Notes under the pieces: model-generated | Seen by the model: the letters and a program-made list of their open reading frames with translations, nothing else | Database searches by the model: none | What the model was told of the DNA's origin: nothing | Position numbers and translations under genes: made by a program | Shown here: in pieces, positions 7,196-16,832 of the stretch | How the letters are laid out: each line of letters opens with the position of its first letter | Numbering within the stretch: position 1 is the stretch's first letter | Source: Bdellovibrionales bacterium | GTDB taxonomy: Bacteria > Bdellovibrionota > Bdellovibrionia > Bdellovibrionales > UBA1609 | Reading direction: 5' to 3' | Length of the DNA stretch: 64,000 nt | Assembly (NCBI GenBank): GCA_027317865.1 | Contig: DAHVQG010000014.1 | Location: 12,645-76,644 of the forward strand

Positions 7196-9826
7196 TCAGC
7201 CCCCAGTGACCGCCCGTTTCGGCGCGTTGGAGGACCGCTTTGCACCTGCTCGCCGGCTGTTGCTTTTTGCACTAGACCCTTGTGCTTCTTTTTTAGCCAA
7301 TAGCTCAAGGGCCACTTTCATTGTCACATCTTCGGGTTTCAAACCCTCCGGCAGCGATACATTAGTGCTCCCACATTTTATATACGGCCCGTATTTACCG
7401 TTTAAAACTTGCACGACGGCTTTTGTTTCAGGATGAGGTCCCAACTCTTTGAGCGGAGTTGCGCGCCCGCGCCCGCGTTTAGGCTGCGCGAACAATTCAA
7501 GTGCGCGTTTGAGGCTAACCGAAAATAAATCTTCGCCTTTCGGTATCGACCGATAATCGCCATCGCAAACCACGTAAGGGCCGAATCGCCCCAAACCCAA
7601 TTTAATTTCCTTTTTTAGCTGAGGATGCATCCCTAATTTCTTCGGCAAACTCAAAAGCCAAAGCGCTTGGTCAAGCGTGACATTTTCAGGTTCGAGCCCG
7701 GCAGGCAAAGCCATTCGCTTGGGCTTCTTCTCTTTGTCCTTTTCGTCACCATCGCCCAACTGGACGTAAGGTCCATAACGCCCCGATAAAACATATACGG
7801 GCTGTTTGGTGACAGGGTCTTTGCCGATTGAATCGGCGCCGTTAATTTTTTGATCGATCAGTTTGTTGGCGATTTCGGCCGTCATATCACCCGGAAATTG
7901 CGTTTCTGGTATCGACGCGCAAATCTCTTCGCCTTTCTTTTCGCGGCGACAAACATACGCGCCGTAGCGTCCGACTCGAAAATCAAAATTATTTAATCCT
8001 TCGAGTTTCACACCACGCGACTCGTCGGCGTCGATTTCTTTTTCTTTTTTTTCGACCTGTTTTCTTAAGCCCTTTTCACCGAAATAAACCGATTGCAAAT
8101 ACTTTTCGTGATCGAGATCACCGCTTGCGATGTCGTCGAGCGCCTGCTCCATCGCGGAGGTAAACCCTGTCTCAACATATTCGGGCAAATTTTGACTTAG
8201 AAGCTTGCTAACAACCAGCGCGGTAAAAGTCGGCACAAGTGCATTGCCAACTTTTTTTACGTAACCGCGATCCTGAACGGTGCCAATAATCGAAGCATAA
8301 GTTGACGGTCGGCCGATCCCCTCGCGCTCCAACGTCTGCACAAGCGACGCCTCAGTATAGCGCGCAGGTGGTTTTGTTTCATGCTGATTGATTTGGAGTG
8401 AATTAACTTTGAGTTTGTCGCCTTTTTGTAGTTTGGGCAATCGAACTTCGTTTGTTTCAAGTGCCGCGTCGGGATCATCGCTCCCCTCGACGTAAGCTTT
8501 TAGAAAACCCGCAAATTCAATTGTCATACCCGACGCTGCAAACATCGCATCGCCCGCCTCAATCTTGACCGTCATCTGTTTATGTTCGGAGTTGACCATT
8601 TGGCAGGCCATGGTGCGCTTCCAAATCAAATCGTAAAGCTTTAACTCGACGCCGGTCAGGCCGGCATCTTCCGGTAAAATAAATTGCGTGCCCGCAGGGC
8701 GAATCGCTTCGTGCGCTTCTTGAGCCCCTTTGACTTTTTTCTTACCGTAGTCACGAAATTGCGCAGGTAAATAATTCTTTCCGTACAATTTCACAATCTC
8801 TTCGCGCGCGGCACGAATTGCTTGTTCGGATAAAAACATCGAATCAGTTCTCATGTAAGTGATCATACCGCGTTCGTACAAGCGCTGCGCCACCTGCATC
8901 GTTTCACGCGAACCCAAACCCAATTTGCGGTTTGCTTCTTGCTGGAGCGTTGAGGTAATAAACGGCGGTGCCGGTTTGCGCGAAACCGGTTTTTCTTCAA
9001 CATCAGTTACAACCCAAGTTGTTTTTTCAATTTCTTTTTTGATTCGTTGCGATTGATTCTCGTCAAGATGCAACACGCCGCCGGCGGCCGTTTTGTTCAA
9101 CTTTCCGGTTGCACTATCAAAATCTTTGCCCGTTGCAATGCGCTGATTTTTGAAGCTTACAATATGCGATTGAAATTTACTTTTATCTTTTTCATTTTCT
9201 GCCGTGAGATCCCAATATTCAGAACGCTTAAAGCGCAATCTCTCATGCTCGCGTTCGGCTACCAGTCGAACTGCGACGGATTGAACGCGGCCCGCAGAAA
9301 GACCGTAGGCGACCTTCTTCCACAAAAGCGGTGAAATAGTGTAACCGACGAGACGGTCGAGAATGCGGCGGGCCTCTTGTGCACGCACAAGATTCATGTC
9401 GATATCGCGAAACTCTTTAAGTGCCGCAAGTATCGCTTCTTTCGTGATTTCATTAAACACCATCCGCTTAACGGTCACACGCGGGTTAAGAACGTTAACC
9501 AAGTGCCAGCTGATGCTTTCACCTTCGCGGTCTTCGTCAGTTGCGAGAATCACCTCCGACGCCTCATCAACTTTTCGCTTCAAGTCGCTCACAATTTTAG
9601 TTTTGTTTTTCGGGATGCAATAGAGCGGGGCAAAATGTTTGTCGACGTTGACCCCTAAATTAGCCCAAGGTTCTTTTTTAAATTTTTCAGGAATATCTTT
9701 TGCCGACTGTGGTAAATCCCGCACGTGCCCCATGCATGACTCCACAACGAAATCACGGCCAAGAAACTTTCGGATCGTTTTGGCTTTCGTGGGCGACTCC
9801 ACAATAACTAGCTTTTTCTTTGTCAT
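7196..9826 (-). CDS. topA: DNA topoisomerase I, with Topo_C repeats rather than zinc ribbons
   Basis: IVESPTKAK, ATDEDREGE, SAGRVQS, ITYMRTDS (catalytic Tyr), AHEAIRP; repeated GRYGPYV/GRFGPYV units; basic tail. Confidence 0.97.
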   Translation of the reverse strand: MTKKKLVIVESPTKAKTIRKFLGRDFVVESCMGHVRDLPQSAKDIPEKFKKEPWANLGVNVDKHFAPLYCIPKNKTKIVSDLKRKVDEASEVILATDEDREGESISWHLVNVLNPRVTVKRMVFNEITKEAILAALKEFRDIDMNLVRAQEARRILDRLVGYTISPLLWKKVAYGLSAGRVQSVAVRLVAEREHERLRFKRSEYWDLTAENEKDKSKFQSHIVSFKNQRIATGKDFDSATGKLNKTAAGGVLHLDENQSQRIKKEIEKTTWVVTDVEEKPVSRKPAPPFITSTLQQEANRKLGLGSRETMQVAQRLYERGMITYMRTDSMFLSEQAIRAAREEIVKLYGKNYLPAQFRDYGKKKVKGAQEAHEAIRPAGTQFILPEDAGLTGVELKLYDLIWKRTMACQMVNSEHKQMTVKIEAGDAMFAASGMTIEFAGFLKAYVEGSDDPDAALETNEVRLPKLQKGDKLKVNSLQINQHETKPPARYTEASLVQTLEREGIGRPSTYASIIGTVQDRGYVKKVGNALVPTFTALVVSKLLSQNLPEYVETGFTSAMEQALDDIASGDLDHEKYLQSVYFGEKGLRKQVEKKEKEIDADESRGVKLEGLNNFDFRVGRYGAYVCRREKKGEEICASIPETQFPGDMTAEIANKLIDQKINGADSIGKDPVTKQPVYVLSGRYGPYVQLGDGDEKDKEKKPKRMALPAGLEPENVTLDQALWLLSLPKKLGMHPQLKKEIKLGLGRFGPYVVCDGDYRSIPKGEDLFSVSLKRALELFAQPKRGRGRATPLKELGPHPETKAVVQVLNGKYGPYIKCGSTNVSLPEGLKPEDVTMKVALELLAKKEAQGSSAKSNSRRAGAKRSSNAPKRAVTGG

Positions 9827-9888
9827 TTTGTGTATACTGCCATTCAACTTATGATTTATCCATGCTCACAGTTAACTCAGCGCTCCAC

Positions 9889-10698
9889 ATGAAATCACTG
9901 CGTGAATTTGTAAATCCCGGTCTTCGTTTTATTTTTACCGATATTGACGGTACTTTGACCGAGCAAGGCCGGTTGACGTCGAGCGCTTACCAAGCCCTTT
10001 GGCGATTGCACGATCACGGTCTAAAAGTTGTGCCGGTCACTGGACGTCCCGCCGGCTGGTGTGAACTCATCGCTCGACAATGGCCGGTCACCGGTGTGAT
10101 TGGCGAAAACGGCGGCTTTTATTTTCGCTACGAAGATCTCAACGCAGGCGACGGTACAACAGGAGTGATGCGACGTCATTATTTTTACAATGCTTCAGAA
10201 CGCGCCGATCACAACCGCCGCCTTGATAAAATTCGCACTGAAATTTTGGCTCGCGTGCCAGGCGCTGCCGTTGCAAGCGATCAGTTTTGCCGCCAAATGG
10301 ATCTTGCCATCGACTATTGCGAAGACGTCGTGCGTCTACCGCCGACCGATGTCGACCGGATCGTTAAAATTTTTACGGATCATGGTGCCAACGCCAAGGT
10401 GAGCTCGATTCATGTCAACGGATGGTTTGGCGAATACGATAAACTCACGATGTGTCATGTTTTCTTGGAGCGCGAGTTTGGAATGAAAATCTCTGACGCC
10501 CAAACCTCCGTCGCTTTTGTCGGCGACTCACCCAACGACGAACCCATGTTTGCCTTTTTTAAAAATTCGTTTGCGGTCGCAAATGTCAAAGATTTCGTGG
10601 GAACTATGAAATCACTCCCCGAATATGTTGCCGATCAAAACGGCGGCTCTGGTTTTGCCGAAGTCGTTGAGCGAATACTTGCGACCACTCAACGCTGA
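9889..10698 (+). CDS. HAD-IIB family hydrolase
   Basis: FTDIDGTLT, VTGR, ENGG, GDSPNDEPMF. Confidence 0.88.
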   Translation: MKSLREFVNPGLRFIFTDIDGTLTEQGRLTSSAYQALWRLHDHGLKVVPVTGRPAGWCELIARQWPVTGVIGENGGFYFRYEDLNAGDGTTGVMRRHYFYNASERADHNRRLDKIRTEILARVPGAAVASDQFCRQMDLAIDYCEDVVRLPPTDVDRIVKIFTDHGANAKVSSIHVNGWFGEYDKLTMCHVFLEREFGMKISDAQTSVAFVGDSPNDEPMFAFFKNSFAVANVKDFVGTMKSLPEYVADQNGGSGFAEVVERILATTQR

Positions 10699-10712
10699 AT
10701 TTGAATTTCCTA

Positions 10713-11486
10713 TTACTTAATCCAGTGAAAGAAGCGGGACCAGCGGATGCTCATCGGATCGCATCCCATATGGATAATGGGGATTGTTTTACCGCAACTC
10801 AGCCACACAAACGTCGCGCGGCCAATTACATTATCAATGGGCGCGTAACCCCAATAGCGCGAATCCGCCGAATTGTCGCGATGGTCACCCATCATGAAGA
10901 GATAGCCTTTGGGCACAATCGCCGGGCCGAAATTACGATCGTACATATCGGTTCGGTGCAAGATCGCGTGCGGAGTTTTGCCCAGTTCTTCGATGAGCTC
11001 GACGTGCTCGGCACGGGCATTTTCAAGATCGCGGTTTCTAATCATATCGAGCCAGTGGTGATTCGGATCTGGAATATCTTGGATTTGTTTTCCGTTAATA
11101 TATAAAACGTCATCGTGATAATAAATTTTATCGCCCGGAACACCGATTACGCGTTTAATCAGCATAATGCCATGCTTACCTTTTTCGGGGTCACGAAAAA
11201 CAACAACTGACCCTCTCGTCGGCGTGCCAAATCGCACGATCCAATGATCGGTAAATGGCCAGCGTATCCCGTAAATTAATTTATTAACGAAAATGTGATC
11301 GTTAATCAAAAGCGTCGGCAACATGCTACCGGAGGGGATCACATAAGCTTCAAAAAACGCCCAACGAATTGTGAGCGCAATCAAAACAGCTCCGACCAAT
11401 CCCCAAATACTATCTTTACGCTTACTGCTGGATTTTTTGTTCGACGCTTTAGGGGGTTCTTTTTGTGGCTCGTCTTGATTTGTCAA
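10713..11486 (-). CDS. lepB: Signal peptidase I
   Basis: IPSGSMLPTL, IKRVIGVPGD, GDHRDNSADSRYWG. Confidence 0.95.
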   Translation of the reverse strand: MTNQDEPQKEPPKASNKKSSSKRKDSIWGLVGAVLIALTIRWAFFEAYVIPSGSMLPTLLINDHIFVNKLIYGIRWPFTDHWIVRFGTPTRGSVVVFRDPEKGKHGIMLIKRVIGVPGDKIYYHDDVLYINGKQIQDIPDPNHHWLDMIRNRDLENARAEHVELIEELGKTPHAILHRTDMYDRNFGPAIVPKGYLFMMGDHRDNSADSRYWGYAPIDNVIGRATFVWLSCGKTIPIIHMGCDPMSIRWSRFFHWIK

Positions 11487-11519
11487 AATGTGCTCTTTTC
11501 TAAATGATGTGGTTGTTTT

Positions 11520-13919
11520 CTATTTTTTAAACCCTTGCAGAGCCGCAAACGGATTGTTAAATGGTTGACGCGCACTTCGTTCACGCCCGCCTCGCTCACG
11601 CGCCTCTCCCTCGCGCGGCATCTTCTGATTTTTGCCGGGACGGTGCCGGTCGCTGGGCCTATTTCTTTGCCCATTACGCTCACGCGCCACTTGACCTTGT
11701 GACCGTTTTTCGCTGGGAGGCAAACGCTGGGCAGCCGGCCGTTCCTCAAGTTTCATCGTCAGCGAAATTTGGTTCTTTTCCGTGTCTACGCCAAGAACTT
11801 TAACTGTAACCGCTTCGCCCGGATTTACAACTGTACGCGGATCATCAACAAAATCATAGGTGAGCTGCGAAATATGAACAAGACCGTCTTGATGAACGCC
11901 GATATCAACAAACGCGCCGAAGTTCGTTACGTTAGTAACAAGGCCGGGGCAAATCATTCCCTCTTTTAAATCTTTGATTTCGTGAATATCTTCACGAAAT
12001 TGAAATACTTTAAACGGATCGCGCGGGTCGCGTCCGGGTTTAGCGAGTTCCGTTAAGATATCGTCAAATGTAAATTCGCCGATTAACTTCACGTATTTTT
12101 CGCGTAATTTTTTAAGCGGTTCGAGATTACCGCCGATGGCTTGGGAGCTCGTCAGCCCGGCTTCACTCAGCATATCCCGCACCGCCATATAGCGCTCAGG
12201 GTGAATGCCGGTTTGATCGAGCACCACTTTACCGTTTGCAATACGCAAAAAGCCCGCGGCTTGTTCAAAAACTTTCGACGAAAAATGTGCCACTTTCATC
12301 AAATCGCCGCGTTCTTGAAACAACCCCTTCTCGTTTCGATGCTGAACAATGTTTTTCGCAATCGCCGGACCAATCCCCGCGACATACTGAAGGAGCGAAT
12401 GTGAAGCGGTATTGACGTCTACGCCGACTTGGTTCACGCACGATTCCACAACCGCGTGCAAGGAATTTTTCAAATCGGCTGGGTTGACGTCGTGCTGATA
12501 CTGGCCGACTCCGATTGATTTAGGGTCAACTTTCACAAGCTCGGATAACGGATCTTGTAACCGCCGGGCTATCGAAATCGCGCCACGAACCGTTAAATCA
12601 AGATCCGGAAACTCTTCTCGCGCGACATCGCTTGCCGAATAAACGCTTGCGCCCGACTCGTTCACCATGATTACCGGCACTTCTTTTTTAATCTCAACCA
12701 AAATATCACGGATGAATTTTTCGGTCTCGCGCCCGGCCGTTCCGTTACCTACAGCAACGGCATCAATCTGAATCTGCGTAAGCGTCTCAGCCAGAAGTTT
12801 CTTTGCCTTTTCTTTGGCACCCTCACCAAGCGTTTGTAAAACCGTATGAGTTAAAAACCGGCCGCCCCGATCAATCAATGCGATTTTACATCCCGTACGA
12901 AGACCAGGGTCGACCCCTAAAACGACTTTTGGCCCGAAGGGGCTTGCCATCAAAACACGCCGCACGTTTTCGGCAAAAACGGCAATCGCATCGGCGTCGG
13001 CTTTATCTTTCAATACGCTATGGAGTTCATTTGTCACAGACGGAATCACGTGAACCGTTAGCGCAATTTTCGCGGCCTCTTTCAAAAACGAAGCGGCTTG
13101 CGAATCCGTTTTGATTACCGCTTCGGTTTCAAACGACTGCAGCAATACATCGTCCGTCCCCTCGACTGTGACTTTGAGTTCGCCCTCTTGCCAGCCGCGA
13201 CGAAGCGCCAAGTACCGGTGCGAAGCTTTGCGCATTTGCAAGCTTTTTACCGACTCCTTAAACTCCGCGTACATTGTGTATTTCGAATTCGGCTTAAATT
13301 CTTTAGTTTTCGACGTTATGATGCGGCCGTTTGTGAAGTAATCATCTTTGACCTTCGCGCGCAAAATGGGGTTATTGGCGAGTCGCTCCACAATAATATG
13401 CTGAGCCCCGCGCAGTACCTCTTCGTATGTTGCGTACTGTGCTGCTGGATTAATAAATTCTTTTGCCTTTACCTCAAGACTTGTGGGGTCTTGAATTTCG
13501 CCGTGCCCCAACTGCCATATCCAATCCGCTAATGGACCAATTCCGGCGTCTTGGGCGAGTTTTGCTTTTGTTTTTTTCTTTTTCTTGTAAGGCCGGTAGA
13601 GCTCCTCGATCTCGTGTAAATCAAACGATTGCTCGATTTGCTTTTTGAGGTCGTCAGAAAGGCTGCCTTGTTTGCGAATTTCATCGAGTACAAAGGCTTT
13701 GCGCTTTACGATTTCTTGCCAAGTCTCAAATGACTGTAAAATATTGCGAATTGCGACTTCATCTAAATTACCGGTGCGTTCTTTTCGGTAACGCGCCATA
13801 AAAGGGACCGTGGCCCCTTGGTTGTGTAAGTCGAGAACCGCTTCGATCGATTTTACCGCAACCGTCTGGATTTTTGATTTCGAATATTCAATAAACTGCG
13901 GATCGACAGTCAAACTCAT
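11520..13919 (-). CDS. tex: Tex-family RNA-binding transcriptional accessory protein (YqgF/HhH/S1)
   Basis: TVPFMARYRKE, GVDPGLRTGCK, VNESGASVYSAS, IGVGQYQHD, S1 domain FGAFVDIGVHQDGLVHIS. Confidence 0.95.
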   Translation of the reverse strand: MSLTVDPQFIEYSKSKIQTVAVKSIEAVLDLHNQGATVPFMARYRKERTGNLDEVAIRNILQSFETWQEIVKRKAFVLDEIRKQGSLSDDLKKQIEQSFDLHEIEELYRPYKKKKKTKAKLAQDAGIGPLADWIWQLGHGEIQDPTSLEVKAKEFINPAAQYATYEEVLRGAQHIIVERLANNPILRAKVKDDYFTNGRIITSKTKEFKPNSKYTMYAEFKESVKSLQMRKASHRYLALRRGWQEGELKVTVEGTDDVLLQSFETEAVIKTDSQAASFLKEAAKIALTVHVIPSVTNELHSVLKDKADADAIAVFAENVRRVLMASPFGPKVVLGVDPGLRTGCKIALIDRGGRFLTHTVLQTLGEGAKEKAKKLLAETLTQIQIDAVAVGNGTAGRETEKFIRDILVEIKKEVPVIMVNESGASVYSASDVAREEFPDLDLTVRGAISIARRLQDPLSELVKVDPKSIGVGQYQHDVNPADLKNSLHAVVESCVNQVGVDVNTASHSLLQYVAGIGPAIAKNIVQHRNEKGLFQERGDLMKVAHFSSKVFEQAAGFLRIANGKVVLDQTGIHPERYMAVRDMLSEAGLTSSQAIGGNLEPLKKLREKYVKLIGEFTFDDILTELAKPGRDPRDPFKVFQFREDIHEIKDLKEGMICPGLVTNVTNFGAFVDIGVHQDGLVHISQLTYDFVDDPRTVVNPGEAVTVKVLGVDTEKNQISLTMKLEERPAAQRLPPSEKRSQGQVARERNGQRNRPSDRHRPGKNQKMPREGEARERGGRERSARQPFNNPFAALQGFKK

Positions 13920-13925
13920 GGTTTT

Positions 13926-14144
13926 TTATTTGTGGCGGTACATGATAAGACCGTGGGAAGGATCATATGGAGAAACACCCACAGTTACGCGATCACCAAC
14001 AACTACGCGAATGTTAAACTGCCGCATTTTGCCGCACAATTTGGCGCTGATGTCGACGTTATTATCCAGCCGGACTTTATAAAGTCCGCCAGCGCCTGCA
14101 TCTGTAACCTTGCCATCCATTTGTACTAAATCGTCTTTAGCCAT
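13926..14144 (-). CDS. infA: Translation initiation factor IF-1
   Basis: MAKDD...GKMR...IRVVVGDRVTV..SPYD...G.I.YR. Confidence 0.95.
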   Translation of the reverse strand: MAKDDLVQMDGKVTDAGAGGLYKVRLDNNVDISAKLCGKMRQFNIRVVVGDRVTVGVSPYDPSHGLIMYRHK

Positions 14145-14189
14145 GCGTATTGACTTGCAATGTGCCTTAATTACTGTTTGAAATCAATC

Positions 14190-15272
14190 ATGATTTCTGT
14201 TGGCGAAATTGTCGATGAATTTCCAGAACTCGTGCGTTTGGTGCATGGTGGACGCGATTGCAAAGTGTCAATTCCTTGCTCCCAAGAATCCCCTAAACAA
14301 GGCGGGATCGTATTTATTTCGAATCCACAGTTTCTCAATCTCGCAATTACTAACCGGGTCGCGGCTATTGTAGGCTCAACGGAGCTTGTGAGTACATTTT
14401 TGCGTAACGTCGACAAAACGACGGACAAAAAGGGTCTGCAAACCGTTCTTGAGAGCCCGTCGCCATATTTGGCGTTGGCCAAAATTAACAGCCGATTTTT
14501 CAAAACAGCGGAAGATCTTGACACGGTTGATGGTGAGCGCATTCACAATTCTGCCATCATTGCGAAATCGGCAAAAATTGCAAGCAACGCCAAAATTGGA
14601 CCCGGCGCTGTAGTTTCAGAACGCGCGGTAATAGGTGCGAACTCTTCGATTGGCGCTTTGGCCTATATCGGTCCTGAAACAATAGTCGGCAATGACTGCC
14701 GCATTCACGCACAGGTGCATATTGCGGCCCGCTGCAAAATCGGCGATCGATGCGAGCTCAAATCGCATTGCGTGATTGGGACCGATGGTTATGGTTTTGC
14801 GCACGACGCGAAGAACCGGCATTTTCGCATCCCCCATTATGGCGGTGTGATTCTTGACGAAGACGTTCATGTTGGCGCTTGTACAACAATAGATGCGGGG
14901 ACATTCGAACCCTCGCATATCGGCGCAGGAACGAAAATCGACAATCATTGCCATTTTGGCCACAATATTCAAATCGGCAAAAATTGTTTATTTACAGGCG
15001 GACAAATGGCGGCTGGCTCCGTTACCATCGGAGATAACTGTGTGTTCGGCGGCCGCGTCACTTTTAATGGGCATATCAAAATTACCTCAAACGTTTCGGT
15101 CGCGCCGTTTTCAGGAATATCTTGTTCAATAGATAAACCCGGCCAATACGGAGGTTATCCTCCAACCGAACTTCGCGAGTCGCAACGTATACAGCTCAGT
15201 CTTCAACAACTCCCGCGCATGCGAAAGCAGCTGGCGAGAATCTTGAAGAATTTGGGAATGAACGAAAATTAA
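14190..15272 (+). CDS. lpxD: UDP-3-O-acyl-glucosamine N-acyltransferase
   Basis: Hexapeptide repeats, IGTDGYGF, IPHYGGV, TKIDN...FGHN. Confidence 0.92.
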   Translation: MISVGEIVDEFPELVRLVHGGRDCKVSIPCSQESPKQGGIVFISNPQFLNLAITNRVAAIVGSTELVSTFLRNVDKTTDKKGLQTVLESPSPYLALAKINSRFFKTAEDLDTVDGERIHNSAIIAKSAKIASNAKIGPGAVVSERAVIGANSSIGALAYIGPETIVGNDCRIHAQVHIAARCKIGDRCELKSHCVIGTDGYGFAHDAKNRHFRIPHYGGVILDEDVHVGACTTIDAGTFEPSHIGAGTKIDNHCHFGHNIQIGKNCLFTGGQMAAGSVTIGDNCVFGGRVTFNGHIKITSNVSVAPFSGISCSIDKPGQYGGYPPTELRESQRIQLSLQQLPRMRKQLARILKNLGMNEN

Positions 15273-15287
15273 CAACGGAGACCGACC

Positions 15288-16832
15288 ATGAATCCGGAGA
15301 GATTTTATGTCACCACGCCGATTTACTATGTAAACGACAAGCCTCATTTGGGCACGGCGTACTCCACGATTATGGCCGATGTTTTAGCGCGCTATCATCG
15401 ACTGTTCGGCAACGAAACTCTCTTCCTGACCGGGGTTGACGAACACGGACAAAAAATTCAACAGGCCGCTGAAAAACGCGGCAAAACTCCACAAGAGCAT
15501 TGCGATGAGTTGTCTGAAAATTTCAAAGAAATTTGGAAAAAGCTCGACATTCAATACGACATCTTTTTTCGCACAACATCTGATTTTCACGTGGCTGCGG
15601 TTCAGAAGGCACTGCAAGATTTGTATGACAAAGGTGACATTTACGCCGACGTCTACGAAGGTTGGTATTGCGTCAGCGAAGAAATTTTTTATACCGAAAA
15701 AGAACTTGTCGACGGTAAAACTCCGACCGGCAAAGATGTCACGCGGATCACCGAGAAAAACTATTTCTTTCGGATGTCAAAATATCAGCAGGCGTTAATT
15801 GACTATATCAACTCGCATCCCAATTTCATTCGCCCCCAGAATCGTAAAAATGAAGTTTTGGGATTTTTGCGCCAGCCACTTGGTGATCTGTGCATTAGCC
15901 GGCCAAAATCTCGACTGAGTTGGGGAATTGAAATTCCGTTTGATTCAAACTATGTCACCTACGTTTGGTTTGATGCTCTATTAAATTACGCAACCGCAGT
16001 CGGCCTAAACCAACCCGCGCGTGCCGAAGAATTTAAAAAATGGTGGGGTAGCCCTGTTCATCATTTAATCGGCAAAGATATTTTAACCACCCACTGCGTT
16101 TACTGGACTACCATGCTGATGGCGATGAATTTGCCGTTGCCTCAAACAATTTTTGCTCATGGCTGGATACTCAACCGCGACAACGAAAAGATGAGCAAAT
16201 CTAAGGGTAGCGTCATGGACCCAGACGAACTGATTCGATTCGCCGGCGTCGATTCGCTCCGCTATTTTCTTGTTCGCGAAATTCATTTCGGTAACGATGC
16301 CCCGATTTCGCACGAACTGATCATGAACCGAATCAACAATGATTTATCGAATAACTTGGGCAATCTTTTAAGTCGCACAACCACTTTAATTGATAAATTT
16401 TTTGGCGGGATCGCACCTCACCATCAAGAAATTGCGGCGGCCGACGCGGAGAGTGTTGCACTCATCAATCACGCGACGCAATTGTCTGGTCAGGTTAAAA
16501 CATTGATTGAAAAATTTCAGCCGGCGCAAGCTCTAGAACAGATTGTCTTGCTGCTTGACGAAACAAACCGGTTTTTAGAAGCAAAAGCGCCTTGGAAGAC
16601 CGCAAAAACCGACCTTGCGGCGGCCGGGCAACACCTCTATGTCGCCGTCGAAATATTGCGCATTACCGGTGTTCTTTTGTCGCCGATCATGCCGACAAAA
16701 TGTCGCGATCTTTTGCAATCTATCGGAGTAACAAATACGCCGTCGTGGGAGTCACTCTCACAGTGGGGGGTCACTCCGCCCGATGCGCACATTGCAAAAG
16801 CACCGCCGCTTTTTCCGCGAATCGAAATTTAA
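15288..16832 (+). CDS. metG: Methionyl-tRNA synthetase (short form)
   Basis: YYVNDKPHLG (HIGH-like), YVWFDALLNY, KMSKS. Confidence 0.96.
   Translation: MNPERFYVTTPIYYVNDKPHLGTAYSTIMADVLARYHRLFGNETLFLTGVDEHGQKIQQAAEKRGKTPQEHCDELSENFKEIWKKLDIQYDIFFRTTSDFHVAAVQKALQDLYDKGDIYADVYEGWYCVSEEIFYTEKELVDGKTPTGKDVTRITEKNYFFRMSKYQQALIDYINSHPNFIRPQNRKNEVLGFLRQPLGDLCISRPKSRLSWGIEIPFDSNYVTYVWFDALLNYATAVGLNQPARAEEFKKWWGSPVHHLIGKDILTTHCVYWTTMLMAMNLPLPQTIFAHGWILNRDNEKMSKSKGSVMDPDELIRFAGVDSLRYFLVREIHFGNDAPISHELIMNRINNDLSNNLGNLLSRTTTLIDKFFGGIAPHHQEIAAADAESVALINHATQLSGQVKTLIEKFQPAQALEQIVLLLDETNRFLEAKAPWKTAKTDLAAAGQHLYVAVEILRITGVLLSPIMPTKCRDLLQSIGVTNTPSWESLSQWGVTPPDAHIAKAPPLFPRIEI

Noticed and set aside
7195-7308. 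N-terminal extension of the HAD-like ORF overlapping topA, or a topA-HAD frameshift fusion
   Set aside because: A TTG with a GGGGG SD right after the topA stop explains the junction; no slippery site is evident
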